Made by a program: the position numbers and the translations under genes | DNA from: an uncultured Phycisphaerales bacterium | Lineage (GTDB): Bacteria; Planctomycetota; Phycisphaerae; Tepidisphaerales; Tepidisphaeraceae | Length of the DNA stretch: 64,000 nt | Assembly (NCBI GenBank): GCA_963755915.1 | Contig: CAVWLP010000002.1 | Location: 896,001-960,000 of the forward strand | Reading direction: 5' to 3' | Shown here: one piece after another, positions 10,694 through 21,447 of the stretch | How the letters are laid out: every line of letters starts with the position of its first letter | How positions within the stretch are numbered: the first letter of the stretch is position 1 | Notes under the pieces: generated by a model | The model's input: only the letters and a program-made list of their open reading frames with translations | Databases searched by the model: none | Told to the model about the DNA's origin: nothing

Positions 10694-12349
10694 TTACGGG
10701 GAGTGAGGCAAAACCTCATCCGTGTCGGAATTTGCCGGTTGGGAAGGGGCGGAAAGGTCCGGCCGGGTCCAGAGATGGCTCAGCGTTTCGTTGTCCGTCG
10801 GAACCACCTCAATCGTGGAGGTTTGGCCGTTGTTTCCGGTGGGGAATGTGCTGGTGCTGCCGAGGAATTTGCCGTCGAGGGTGACGTACCACGTCGTTAG
10901 CGTGCCATCGAGGGTGATTCTGTCGGAGATGGGCACGGCGTCGAAATCCTGGCCGCGGAAGGTGACGTGCTGCACAGGCAGGACCTGGAGATAGCGCGGC
11001 ATAATGTTCCCCACGCCCGCGGTGGAGGTGGCTTCGGGGGGAGTGGGAACGAAAGTGGCAACCATGTACGACTTGGGCTTGGACGGAAGGATTTCGGGGA
11101 GGATGAAGTTGAAAGCCTGCGGGATGTAGAAGACGGGGGTTTCCTCATGCAGGGGACTGAGCTGGGTGTTGCGGTGGGTGGAGTTCACCTCGAGCGTACG
11201 GCTGGTTTCGACGTCGACGTTTCCCTGGCCGAGGGGGCCGCCGTAGTTCAGGTTTTCCGGCTGGTTGGGAAGGATGGCGCCGTCGGGGTTTTGAACGGGG
11301 TGCAGGGCGAAGGCCTTGGTGGCCTCGTCGCTGACGCCGACCTGCGAAAAGCTGTCGACGATCTGCCCGTGGTTGTCGGTGCAGCTGGCAGCGGTTTTCC
11401 AGTGTTCGTGCTTTCGGTCGGCGGTGCTGAACATCCAGGTTTCGGTGTCCCACTGGAGAACGGGAGAGGCGGCCATGTGGGAGCGGACGCCGATCTTGAC
11501 GATCGAGCTTTCAGGAGAGCGGGAATCGGGTTCGTACTGCTCGATGACGTGCTGGTAGCCGATGTCCTGGCCGTCCTTGATGATCCGCAGGTATTGGTCC
11601 GGGACGAGGGCGACGCGGATGGGTCCGTAGTCGTCGCCGCCCCACAGGGCGAAGAGCGCGCGGGTGGCCCAGAGGGCCTGGCGCTCGAAATCGACGATTT
11701 CGGTGCGGTCGAGGAGGACGACGGAATCGACGAGCTGGCTGAAGGTGTCGAAGGCGAGCTTTTCGGCGGGGTTGACCACATCGTCAGATTCGTATTGCGG
11801 TTTGCCGGGGCCGGTGAGATCGAAGAAGTAGTAGAGCTGGTGATTGGCATTAGGGGCTTCGAAGATGGCCTGCTGGGTATAGCGGCGGTCGTGGGTGGCG
11901 GCGACGTAGCGCACGGCGATCAAGCCCACACGAACCGGGCCAACATTGATGACTTCATTGCGGAGGACCTGTGCATCGGGCGACTGGCGTTTGATGTTGG
12001 CGATGGTGATTTCCATCACGCCGTCCTGGTCGTCGCCGAACTGGTCTTTGTGGATGGTGAGGGGAAGGGATTGCTGGAGGTTCACGCTCCAGCATTTGAG
12101 CTGCCAGTTATAGTCGTCGCGATCGAATTCGACGATCGAATCGGGCGCGGAGTTGGCGACTTTTACCGAGCCGGCGGGCGGGCGGAATTGGATGGAGTGG
12201 TCGCGGTTGCGGTAGGCGGGGGCAAGGAGATCCGTGGGGGCGGTGGTTTGGGAGAAGACATGTGACGGTGTGAAAAGTATGAAAGGTGCGAAAAGTGTGA
12301 AAAAAATAGTCGCGAGTTTTGGAGCACGGGGGGTACGGCTATTTGGCAT
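10694..12349 (-). CDS. hypothetical exported protein
   Basis: 551 aa ORF with signal-peptide-like N-terminus. Confidence 0.7.
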   Translation of the reverse strand: MPNSRTPRAPKLATIFFTLFAPFILFTPSHVFSQTTAPTDLLAPAYRNRDHSIQFRPPAGSVKVANSAPDSIVEFDRDDYNWQLKCWSVNLQQSLPLTIHKDQFGDDQDGVMEITIANIKRQSPDAQVLRNEVINVGPVRVGLIAVRYVAATHDRRYTQQAIFEAPNANHQLYYFFDLTGPGKPQYESDDVVNPAEKLAFDTFSQLVDSVVLLDRTEIVDFERQALWATRALFALWGGDDYGPIRVALVPDQYLRIIKDGQDIGYQHVIEQYEPDSRSPESSIVKIGVRSHMAASPVLQWDTETWMFSTADRKHEHWKTAASCTDNHGQIVDSFSQVGVSDEATKAFALHPVQNPDGAILPNQPENLNYGGPLGQGNVDVETSRTLEVNSTHRNTQLSPLHEETPVFYIPQAFNFILPEILPSKPKSYMVATFVPTPPEATSTAGVGNIMPRYLQVLPVQHVTFRGQDFDAVPISDRITLDGTLTTWYVTLDGKFLGSTSTFPTGNNGQTSTIEVVPTDNETLSHLWTRPDLSAPSQPANSDTDEVLPHSP

Positions 12350-12364
12350 TCTGTTTATGGTCGG

Positions 12365-14155
12365 CTAGTGGGGCTGGATGGTCAAGCGGGAATCGCCGGC
12401 GAAGGCGGCGTCGATTTCGGATTCGGTGGAGGGATGAAGGTGCAGGTCGCCGGCGAAGTCGGCGTGGTCGAGGGACCGGTCGGGGTGGAAATACCAATGG
12501 CTGAGCTGGGCGGAGCCGTTGACCTGGGCTTCAACGATTTGGAGGTTCGGCGGTGAAGGAACGCGATTGGCCAGGAGCAGGACGGGGGTTGGGAACAACT
12601 CGGCTTCGACGCCGGGAAAGCGGTCGGTCCAGAAGGCGGTGGGATTCGGGCTGATGGAAGAGAGAAGCCAGGGAAAATTCTGGCTGAGGACGAAGGCGGG
12701 CGGGTTGAAGCGGATATTGCCCGTGGTTTCGCGATTGCTTCGGTCGCGGACGGCGGTGGTGATCCAATCGGAGACGGTGGTTTGCTGCTCGAAGAAGGGA
12801 AGGAGGGGATCGTCAAGATTGGTCTCGGCGTCGGAGCGTTTCATGCTGGCCCACGGGCCGGCGGCGGAGTTATAGCCCCATTGCTGCAGGATGGCGGTGG
12901 CGGCGCCATCCCAATTGCGGCGGACCGTGTATCGAAAGACATATTGCGAATCGCGGTTGGAGAATTGGTGCGTGAAACCGATGGGCGTCACGCCGCGCGT
13001 CCAGGTCCACCATGATTCGGCAGGCATGTGGGGCGCCGTGGATTGGATGAGAGAAGCGCCGGCCTTGAGCGCGTCGACGAGCGAGGGGGTTTTGCCGACG
13101 TGGATGTTGCCGGAAATTTCGTCCCAGAGGCGGTCGAGATCGGTGGAATCGGCCGGTGGCTCGGCAGAGAGGATGACGACCAGGCCATAGCTGCCCGGCC
13201 CGGTGACCAGATGGGCCACCCGGCGCGGAGTGATGACGGCGTCGGGCGAGTCCTGCGGCGTGAGCGTCCAATGATCCGGGTTTTGCGGCGCAACCTGGCA
13301 ATTGATCCAGGCATCGGCGATCTCAGGGTTGCGGAAATCGAGCCCTTCGCGGGCTTCAAGCCCGGCGAACAGATAGGGCGTGGGCTGATGTTCGGGGACG
13401 GCAACGGGAATGAACTCGGCGCTGACCCAGCCGCCGTCGTCGGTGATGGCGGCGGCGTAGCGCTCGTCGCGAAGCGGATCGAGCTGCGGATAGAGCTGGA
13501 GATCGGAGGGGACGGAGACAGAGACATTGGTTGAGAGCTGGAGGTTGCCGCCGGCGGTCGGGCGCGTGGTGGAGATCTGGATGCGGTCGAGGACCTGCTT
13601 GTAGAGGTTTTCATCGGAAGGATCGAGGGGAGTGTCCTTGCCTTTGTCGAGGCGGATCATGAGGGCCTGGTTATCCGGGAGGATGAGGGCGGAGGTGGAG
13701 GAAAATTTCACTTCGCCGGTCGATTGGAGAGAAACGCTTTGTGTGGCCCAGTGGATATTCTGCGCGGGCCAGCCGTCGATGGAGATGGATTTGAAGTCGC
13801 CGGGGGAAAGATCTCCGGAGATGGGCAGGGCGCGAAGGATGTACTGCGCCGGGGGCATGAGGCGGGGGACGCGTTGAAGGGAAATGGTGAGGGTGCGATC
13901 GATGCCGTTGACGGTTTGCGTGGCGATGTGGGAGACGCCATCCCCCTCGCCCTGGCGTGAGAATGTTTTCCAGCCGTCCGGGAGGGAGAAGGTGATGGGG
14001 CCTTCCGTGATGGGGGCAGAGAAGTTGATGATCTGCCCGAGGCGGAGATGGCGATCGAGCAGCGCGGCGAGGGCGACGGTTCCGCCGAGGATCAGCCACA
14101 TGACCACCTGCATAAGCAGGTGTCGCCAGCGGGGGAAGTAGGGGTCGCGGGGCAT
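12365..14155 (-). CDS. hypothetical membrane-anchored exported protein
   Basis: About 600 aa ORF with N-terminal TM helix. ATG at 14155 preferred over the upstream TTG, which lies in repeat DNA. Confidence 0.7.
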   Translation of the reverse strand: MPRDPYFPRWRHLLMQVVMWLILGGTVALAALLDRHLRLGQIINFSAPITEGPITFSLPDGWKTFSRQGEGDGVSHIATQTVNGIDRTLTISLQRVPRLMPPAQYILRALPISGDLSPGDFKSISIDGWPAQNIHWATQSVSLQSTGEVKFSSTSALILPDNQALMIRLDKGKDTPLDPSDENLYKQVLDRIQISTTRPTAGGNLQLSTNVSVSVPSDLQLYPQLDPLRDERYAAAITDDGGWVSAEFIPVAVPEHQPTPYLFAGLEAREGLDFRNPEIADAWINCQVAPQNPDHWTLTPQDSPDAVITPRRVAHLVTGPGSYGLVVILSAEPPADSTDLDRLWDEISGNIHVGKTPSLVDALKAGASLIQSTAPHMPAESWWTWTRGVTPIGFTHQFSNRDSQYVFRYTVRRNWDGAATAILQQWGYNSAAGPWASMKRSDAETNLDDPLLPFFEQQTTVSDWITTAVRDRSNRETTGNIRFNPPAFVLSQNFPWLLSSISPNPTAFWTDRFPGVEAELFPTPVLLLANRVPSPPNLQIVEAQVNGSAQLSHWYFHPDRSLDHADFAGDLHLHPSTESEIDAAFAGDSRLTIQPH

Positions 14156-14208
14156 CGAGGGGAATTGTAGATGCGGAATGCGGAATGCCAAATGCCGAAC
14201 CGCAGCCG

Positions 14209-14232
14209 GACTTCGGTGAGCTCAGTCGAACC
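14209..14232 (+). repeat. 24-nt hairpin micro-element copy
   Basis: GACTTCGGTGAGCTCAGTCGAACC, 22/24 identical to the copy at 35411. Confidence 0.85.
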
Positions 14233-14296
14233 GAGGCGAGGAGCGGTACTCCGCATAGGCCGGAGGCCGTCGGGCGGGACGCCCGCTTCTACACAC

Positions 14297-14329
14297 AAAA
14301 AGGCCCCGGTAATCCTTACCGGGGCCTTT
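14297..14329 (-). terminator. rho-independent terminator of the first Tad-like gene
   Basis: GGCCCCGGTAA-tcc-TTACCGGGGCC stem with A/T tails. Confidence 0.8.
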
Positions 14330-14350
14330 GGGGGAGATTACAAAGTTCTG

Positions 14351-15655
14351 TTAGTGCACCAGTTCGATCTGGTACTGGGTGATGGTGGCCTGGTATCCGC
14401 CCTGGTTGTTGCTCCACTCGTGGCCGTCCATGGTGCCGAGGAAGAGGGTGGTGGCGTTGGCGGGGACGATGATGGTCTGGGCGACGCCTTGGGAGTTCTG
14501 GCCGCTGCCGACGTAGAAGGTCTGGCGGAGCTCGGGGTCGAAGGTGGTGTAGTCGCGGGAGTTGGAGGTGCTGAAGTCCACGCCCTTCGGGACGGTTCCC
14601 TGGTCGTCGGGAACGGCGCCGTTGTTGGTGTCGAGGAAGACGCCGACGACGGAATTGATGGGGGTTGCGATGTTGGAGATGCCGTGCTCAGAGCCGCTGG
14701 TGGTGACGGTGCCCTGGGCGAGGTTGGGGTTGGCAGCGTCGTCGCTGTAGATGGCGTAGGTACCGTTGTCGGAACCGTCGGCATTGTAGGTGATGGAACC
14801 ACCGGTGAGGTATCCGGAATTGGTGGCCATGTCGCTGGAATCCTGGGGGATGCTCACCTGGATGACGGAGCCCGGGGTAACGGTGAGGTTGAAGGCGGCG
14901 GGAGATTCATCCGGTTCGCCCGCGCTGTAGTCGGTGGATTCGATCTTGGTGGAATTCGTGGGGGCGACATAGTTGCCGTCCGTGCCGGCTTCGTCGTCGG
15001 CGGTGGCGACGGCGGCGGGATTGGCAATGTCATATTTCCAGGGGTGCGTGTCGTTGGCCGAGGGCTTGTCGTATCCGGTGTCGGGCACTGAGCCGAGCGT
15101 CCCTTTGGGCTCGCCCGCCAGCCAGGGGTTGCCGTGGGCGGAGACGTAGATGTGCTGGGGGGCCTGGACGGAGACCAGAGCCGCGACGGAAGTGGCATTA
15201 ACGTCGCAGGAGTTGGCGCCGATGAGAGCGCCGAACATGAGAGGGATGGGATTTCCATTGGCCTTGGTGCGACGCCCGATGACCTGCACCGCGAGAAACG
15301 TGTTCACGTAGTCGGGCGAACCGTTTTGGCTGAACGTCTGAGTTTGTTTGTTCCAGATGCCAAGGGAGACGTCCAGGGGATTGATGGTGAGATAGGTGGT
15401 GTCGACCTTGTTTTTTCCGCCCATGGCGACGGCCGCGTTCTGGACGGCGCTGAGGCCCTGCGGAGCATAAGCCGCGGCGGCGCGAGCGGCGGCGTCGCAA
15501 GCGCGGCGAATTTCGGTCTTGGCGGTCTGCACGCGACCCAGATCGACGGCCAGCGAGCAGAAGGCCAGCATGACCGTCAGGGCGGCACAGATGTAAATCA
15601 GTACGACACCGCGGCGTCGGCAGTAGGAGCGGCCGGTTGTGAGTGGGCTTCTCAT
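14351..15655 (-). CDS. TadG-like pilus-assembly/minor pilin protein with C-terminal beta domain (paralog 1)
   Basis: RRGVVLIY..LAVDLGRVQTAKTEIRRACDAAARAAA pilin-like N-terminus; GNPIPLMFG. Confidence 0.8.
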   Translation of the reverse strand: MRSPLTTGRSYCRRRGVVLIYICAALTVMLAFCSLAVDLGRVQTAKTEIRRACDAAARAAAAYAPQGLSAVQNAAVAMGGKNKVDTTYLTINPLDVSLGIWNKQTQTFSQNGSPDYVNTFLAVQVIGRRTKANGNPIPLMFGALIGANSCDVNATSVAALVSVQAPQHIYVSAHGNPWLAGEPKGTLGSVPDTGYDKPSANDTHPWKYDIANPAAVATADDEAGTDGNYVAPTNSTKIESTDYSAGEPDESPAAFNLTVTPGSVIQVSIPQDSSDMATNSGYLTGGSITYNADGSDNGTYAIYSDDAANPNLAQGTVTTSGSEHGISNIATPINSVVGVFLDTNNGAVPDDQGTVPKGVDFSTSNSRDYTTFDPELRQTFYVGSGQNSQGVAQTIIVPANATTLFLGTMDGHEWSNNQGGYQATITQYQIELVH

Positions 15656-15835
15656 GTGCGGAGTATGCCACGCGTTTGGAAATGAGCGCGGGAAAGTCAA
15701 TCATTTTCCGGGGCATCCGGAAGCGGCGCGAGTCCGGGCGTGAGGGCGGTGAGGTTTAGAGCGGGAGGATCGGGAGCAGGGAGGGGGTTATGGGGCGTGA
15801 GCAACGCTGCTTGTTGGAAGCGCGCAACGAAAATG

Positions 15836-15870
15836 AAAACGCCCCGGATTTTCAGCCTCCGGGGCGTTTT
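15836..15870 (-). terminator. rho-independent (possibly bidirectional) terminator
   Basis: AAAACGCCCCGGA...TCCGGGGCGTTTT. Confidence 0.8.
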
Positions 15871-15893
15871 TGGGCACAGATATTCAGCGGAAA

Positions 15894-17202
15894 TCAGTGA
15901 ACGATTTCGACATTGAAACTCGTGATGGTGGCGTTGAAGCCGCCCTGGTTGTTGCTCCATTCGTGGCCGTCCATGGTGCCGAGGAACAGCTCGTAGGCGT
16001 TGTTGGGCACCACGATGGTCTGCTGCACGCCCGAGGAGGTTTGGCCCGTGCCGACGTAGAAACTCTGGTTGAGCTGGGGTTCGAGTGTGGTGTAGTCGCG
16101 TTCGGTTTGGGTGCTAAAGTTCAGGCCGGTGGGGACGGTTTCACCGGAAGTGTTGTCGGCGCCGGCGGAAGACGAGGCCTGGTCAAGGAAGACGCCGTTG
16201 AGGGAGTTCAAGGGTGTCTCGATATTGGAGATACCGTGCTCGGAGCCGCTGGTGGTGTCGGTGCCCTGGGCGTCGGTGGGGTTGGCGGCGTCGTCGCTAA
16301 AGATGGCGGTGGAGCCGTCGTCGTTGCCGTTGGCCTCGGTGTCGATTCCGCTGCCGGTGTTGTCGAGCAGACCCATGTTGGAGGCGGTGCTGCCGGTACC
16401 GGACGTGGGGACGGAGATCTGGATGACCGAGCCGGGCGAGACGGCATAGGCGACCGGGGAGCCGTAAGGTTCACCAGTGGAATAGTCGGTGGATTCGACT
16501 TTTTTGGAGTCGGTGGGGGGAGTGTAGCTGCCGCTCGAGCCTGCGGAAGCGACGGCGCTGGCGACGGCGGCGGGATTGGCGATGTCGTATTTCCAGGGGT
16601 GGTCGTTGTTGGAGGGCTGGTAGGAGTCATCGGGCTCGCTGCCGAGGGTTCCTTTGGGCTCTCCCGCGAGCCAGAGGTCTCCGTGCGCGGAGACGTAATC
16701 CGTAAGCGGCGCACTCGTGGAAATCAGCGCGGCGACGGAAGTCGCGTCGACGTTGCACGTGTTGGCGCCCAGGATCTGCCCGAAGAGCAGGGGAATCGGA
16801 TTCCCGTTGGCGGCGGTGCGCAGACAGGTGATCTGCACGGCGTTGTAGGTGTTGGTGTTGTTGGCGGTGCCGCTGGTGCTGAACGTGTTGGTGCTGGTGT
16901 TCCAGATTCCGACCTGCACGTTGGAGGCAGTGATCGTGACGGCGGAGCCGTCGCACTTATTCTGTGCAGCGATGGCAATGGCGGCGTTCTGCACCGCCGT
17001 GGTCCCCAGCGGAATGTTCGCGGCCCCCGCGCGCAGCGGCGTCGGCGGCGCGGCGCAGCTCGGTCTTGGCCGTCTGCACGCGGCCAAGGTCGACCGCGAA
17101 AGAGCAGAAACCCAGCATCGCGACCAGCGCGACGATGATGTAAATAAACGCCATACCGCTACGGCGTGAACGAACCCGTGCCTTATTCATAGAGAACCTC
17201 AT
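15894..17202 (-). CDS. TadG-like protein (paralog 2), frameshift near 17030
   Basis: N-terminus in the 16957..17202 frame, body in the 15894..17087 frame; long blocks shared with paralog 1 (HPWKYDIANPAAVA, LFLGTMDGHEWSNNQGG). Confidence 0.8.
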
Positions 17203-17372
17203 GGCGTTGATATCGAATTGAATCGGCCGGGATGAGACCAGGGTTCATTCATTTTTCAGCCGGAAAATCGACCGACGGTGTGGAGCTGGTGGAACCCTGG
17301 GGATTGTGAGGGCTGGGCTGAGACGTTATCGGGCGTGCGGATATTTGTTCTTTGCGGAACCCGCCGAGCGGG

Positions 17373-19250
17373 TTATTGGGCCAGCGTGACAAACTGGCGA
17401 TAGAGGTGGGCATATTTGCCGTCAAGCGTCAGGAGGTCGCGGTGATTGCCGCGCTCGACGATCCGGCCACCGTCGATCACCAGAATCTGGTCGGCCCGAA
17501 GAATCGTGCTCAGGCGGTGGGCGACGATGAAGGTGGTCCGATTTTCCAGCAGTTTTTCCAGCGAGTGCTGGAGCTGCTGCTCGGTGGCGGTGTCGACGGC
17601 GCTGGTGGCTTCGTCGAGCATGAAGATGCGCGGGTCGGCCAGGAAAGCCCGAGTGAAGCAGATGAGCTGCCGCTGCCCGAGCGACATGCTTGCCCCCCGC
17701 TCGCCGACGTGTGTCTCGAACCCGCTGGTGAGCGACACGATCGCGTCGTAAGAGCCGATCGCTTTCGCCGCGTCGATGATCTGCTGCTCGGTGGCTTCGG
17801 GCTTCGCGTAGCGGACGTTTTCCATGACCGTGCCGGTGAACAGATAATTGGACTGGAGCACGAGGCCCATCTGCTTGTGCAGCGAATCGCCGGTGATGAG
17901 GCGGATGTCGTGCCCGTCGACGAGAACTTTTCCCGACTGCGGCTGATAGAAGCGGGCGATAAGCGAGATGATGCTGCTCTTCCCCCCGCCGGTGGGGCCT
18001 ACGAGAGCGACCATCTGGCCCGGACGCGCTTCAAAAGTGATGTCGTGAAGAACCGGGCGATCGGGGTTGTAACCGAAATTCACGTGGTCGAACGACACGT
18101 TCCCCTGCACCCGCGGCAGCGGATGGGAATCGGGAACGTCGCAAACCTCCGGCTTAAGATCAAGCAGTCCGAACACGCGCTCGGCCCCTGCCATGGCCAT
18201 CATGAGCTGGTTGTAAAACGCCCCCAGCGTAACGACCGGCCCCATGAACCAGTCCCAATACTGGTAGAAGGCGACCACCAGCCCCACGGTTTTTTCCCCC
18301 ATCGCGACCATGTATCCGCCGTAAAGAAGGATCGTCACGCGACCGGCAAAGCGGATGACCTCCAGCAGCGGCTGGTAGATGCCGTTCACGCGGGCGACGG
18401 CCATGTTGTTGGCGGTGTTGATGTCCTGAAGCTGGTTGAAGACGGAAAGGTTGGGGTCCTGGCGATTGAAGGCCGTGACCACGCGCATGCCCGTGATATT
18501 TTCGGCGAGATTGGTACTGACCCGCGTGAAACCCTCGCGGGAGATTTGATAGAGCAGCGCCGATTTGCTGTGGTAGACGCGCGAAAGCAAGTAAAGAACC
18601 GGCCCTAGCCAGCAGATGGCGAAGAACAGGTGGGCGTCCTTATGAAGCATCTTGATCGCGGCGACGATCATGATCATGCCGTTGGCGACGATCTGCCAGA
18701 TTCCCCAGACGTTCACTTCGCGCAGGCTGTTCACATCCGTGGTGCACCGGCTGATGATCCGCCCGAGCTTAGTGCGGTCGTAAAAGCTCATCGAGAGCCG
18801 CTGAAGCTGGGCGAAAATCCGCCGCCGGAATTCGAACTGCACGCTCTCCCCCGCGCGGGTCATTAACAGGATGGTGAAGCGCTGGAGAATCACCGAGCCG
18901 ATGAAGACAGCCGTCCACGCGGCAATGATGTGGACGATGTGCCACGACGCGGCGTTCATGGTGACGCCCGGCAGCGCCTTCTGCGCGTAAAGCGCGCCGT
19001 AGTCGATGATCCGCTGCAGAAATTCCGGGCTCTGCATGTCGAGCAGAACCTGGCAAAGCCCCAGCGAAATGGCCACCAAATAGAGTTTTTTGAACGGGGC
19101 GAGAGAACCCATCAGCCGCCGCACCAGCGGCCACTGGATCGGCCGATAACGGTCCTCGTCTTCCGATTCCACCTGCGCAACCGGCACGGGCGGCTGGGTC
19201 AGTGGAGTTCGCCGCGGGTTCCGCGAGGATGTGGGGTTGAACAGCGACAT
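17373..19250 (-). CDS. ABC exporter, fused permease/ATPase half
   Basis: GPTGGGKS, MSLGQRQL, MLDEATS, AHRLST. Confidence 0.95.
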   Translation of the reverse strand: MSLFNPTSSRNPRRTPLTQPPVPVAQVESEDEDRYRPIQWPLVRRLMGSLAPFKKLYLVAISLGLCQVLLDMQSPEFLQRIIDYGALYAQKALPGVTMNAASWHIVHIIAAWTAVFIGSVILQRFTILLMTRAGESVQFEFRRRIFAQLQRLSMSFYDRTKLGRIISRCTTDVNSLREVNVWGIWQIVANGMIMIVAAIKMLHKDAHLFFAICWLGPVLYLLSRVYHSKSALLYQISREGFTRVSTNLAENITGMRVVTAFNRQDPNLSVFNQLQDINTANNMAVARVNGIYQPLLEVIRFAGRVTILLYGGYMVAMGEKTVGLVVAFYQYWDWFMGPVVTLGAFYNQLMMAMAGAERVFGLLDLKPEVCDVPDSHPLPRVQGNVSFDHVNFGYNPDRPVLHDITFEARPGQMVALVGPTGGGKSSIISLIARFYQPQSGKVLVDGHDIRLITGDSLHKQMGLVLQSNYLFTGTVMENVRYAKPEATEQQIIDAAKAIGSYDAIVSLTSGFETHVGERGASMSLGQRQLICFTRAFLADPRIFMLDEATSAVDTATEQQLQHSLEKLLENRTTFIVAHRLSTILRADQILVIDGGRIVERGNHRDLLTLDGKYAHLYRQFVTLAQ

Positions 19251-19251
19251 C

Positions 19252-21252
19252 TCACCCCTCCTTTTCCGCGGCGGCAATGGCGTCGGCAATTTCCGAATCG
19301 GACTGCGCCCGCTTCATGTGCGACGGCGCATCGGCAAGGTCCTGGGCAATGTTCTCGTCGCCGCGAAGCTGCGCATCGGCGATTTCGCGGTAGTGCCCAT
19401 CCTCGGCCATAAGCTGGTCGTGCGTGCCCATCTGGGTGATCTTTCCGTGCTCGACGACCAAAACCAGATCCGCCTGCTTCACCGTGCTGATGCGATGGGC
19501 GATGACGAACGTCGTCCGGCCAAGCATCACGAAACGCATGGCGCGGTTGATGAGGTCTTCGGTTTCCGGATCGACCGACGCGGTGGCGTCGTCGAGGATC
19601 AGGACGCGGGGATTGGTGACGATCGCCCGGGCAATCGCCAGCCGCTGCCGCTGCCCGCCGGAAAGCGATGCGCCGCGCTCCCCCAGCATCGTCTGATACC
19701 CGCGCGGCATCGCTTCGACGAACTCATGCGCCTGCGACAGCCGTGCCGCGGCTTCAATGTCCCCCTCGCTGATGTGCGGCCTGCCGTAGGCGATGTTCCC
19801 AGAAACCGTGTCGCTGAAGAGATATGTTTCCTGAAACACCGTGGCCACCTGCGTCCGCAGGCTCGCGAGGGTGAGGTCGCGGATGTCGGCGCCGTCGATG
19901 AGAATTCGCCCGTGCTGCACGTCGTAGTAGCGGGCGATGAGGTTGACGATGGTCGATTTCCCCGCCCCCGTCGGCCCGACGATCGCCACCACCGACCCTC
20001 CGGGAATCGCGAAGCTGAGGTCGTGAAGCACCGGTTTTTGCGGGTCGTATCCGAAGGTGACATTCTGGAACGTAACGGTTCCCGGCCCGGGCGGCAGCTC
20101 GATGCACGTCGGGCTTTCAGGAACGGTGGGCTCGGCCATCAAAACTTCGTACAGCCGCCGCGAAGAGACCATCGCCAGTTGATATTGCTCGTTGATCGTA
20201 CCGACCTGTTGAAGCCGGCTAAGGATGGTCCCCATCGCCCCGCCGAGCATGAAAATATCTCCGGCGGCCATTTTGCCGTGGATCATCAGGATGCCGGCCA
20301 GCAGAAACAGCGACAGGTGCGACGCCATCGCGATCGAACGAATCACCGGCTGAAAATCCGCGAACATCCGGATGCGATTGAGCACCCGCCCTTTAAACGT
20401 GTCGCAATTGGCCTGGTATTTATCGATCTCCAGGTTCTCGGTGGCGAACGCCTTCACCACGTGTACGCCCGCGATGTTTTCCGTGATGATGGAGACGTTC
20501 CGATCCTCCGCCTCCATCACGCTCTTGGCCACCGGCTGCACCTTCCGGCTGAACCGCAATATGTAATACGTCCAGATCGGCAGCGGCACCAGCGACAGCG
20601 CCGCCACCCACTTGTTCACCGTCCAGATCAGGATGATGTTGAAGGCCACCGCCAGAACAATGTCGAGGGTGACGAGAACCGCCGTCTGGATGAACGTCCG
20701 GACATTTTGCAGATCGGAGAGCGCCCGGTTGATGAGCTGGCCGGAGCTGTGAACGTCGTGAAAGCCGAAGCCCACGCGCTGAACTTTGTCGTACACCGCT
20801 TCGCGGATATAGAAAACCATGTTCATGCTCATCCGCGTGTTCGCCGTCTCCTTGAAATAGCGAACCACGAGCATGACGATGACCAGAACCGCCAGCCATT
20901 TGAGCCAGCGAATCAATTCCTGCGTGTGCGCATCCGGCTGAAGAAGCCACCGGCGCAGCGAGAGGGTTTCCGCCTTCTCAACCTTCTGGATTCCCTGGAT
21001 GGCATTGACCGCTTTTCTGGCGACGGCCAGGGTCAATGTTTCCGTCCCCATCGCCGCCGCCACCCACCAGCACGCCAAAATGAGCAGGACGACAACCGGA
21101 CGGACAAACCCGAACATCCACCCGAAGAGCATCCGATTGGTCGGGTTAAGGTGCGCGGAATGGGCGGAAAAATGCTGCTGGGGCAAAGCCCCGGCAGCAC
21201 CAGGAGTTAAATCCGTTTCACCTGTGGTGCGGGCGACCGCTTGATTGGACAC
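19252..21252 (-). CDS. ABC exporter, fused permease/ATPase half (heterodimer partner)
   Basis: GPTGAGKS, LSGGQRQR, ILDDAT (Asp in place of the catalytic Glu, as in heterodimeric exporters). Confidence 0.95.
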   Translation of the reverse strand: MSNQAVARTTGETDLTPGAAGALPQQHFSAHSAHLNPTNRMLFGWMFGFVRPVVVLLILACWWVAAAMGTETLTLAVARKAVNAIQGIQKVEKAETLSLRRWLLQPDAHTQELIRWLKWLAVLVIVMLVVRYFKETANTRMSMNMVFYIREAVYDKVQRVGFGFHDVHSSGQLINRALSDLQNVRTFIQTAVLVTLDIVLAVAFNIILIWTVNKWVAALSLVPLPIWTYYILRFSRKVQPVAKSVMEAEDRNVSIITENIAGVHVVKAFATENLEIDKYQANCDTFKGRVLNRIRMFADFQPVIRSIAMASHLSLFLLAGILMIHGKMAAGDIFMLGGAMGTILSRLQQVGTINEQYQLAMVSSRRLYEVLMAEPTVPESPTCIELPPGPGTVTFQNVTFGYDPQKPVLHDLSFAIPGGSVVAIVGPTGAGKSTIVNLIARYYDVQHGRILIDGADIRDLTLASLRTQVATVFQETYLFSDTVSGNIAYGRPHISEGDIEAAARLSQAHEFVEAMPRGYQTMLGERGASLSGGQRQRLAIARAIVTNPRVLILDDATASVDPETEDLINRAMRFVMLGRTTFVIAHRISTVKQADLVLVVEHGKITQMGTHDQLMAEDGHYREIADAQLRGDENIAQDLADAPSHMKRAQSDSEIADAIAAAEKEG

Positions 21253-21447
21253 TGTTTAACGCCGATTTTTGAACAAAGCCCTACGCTATCGAACTCAATG
21301 GATGCGTCAACCCCCTTCCGTTGGACAATTCATCGGCAAATCTTCAGAATAGCCCAGCTTAACAGTTGAGAAACCGGGCAGAATTCGACCAAAGCAGACA
21401 CGTACTAGGCTGAAGGATTTACTGGACGCAGGCCGATAAAAATCCCT

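Noticed and set aside
19231-21210. Long antisense ORFs (also 17352..18608, 32101..34119, 51975..53678, 50264..51850)
   Set aside because: These are shadow or alternate-frame ORFs over well-supported genes in high-GC DNA, with no recognisable motifs.
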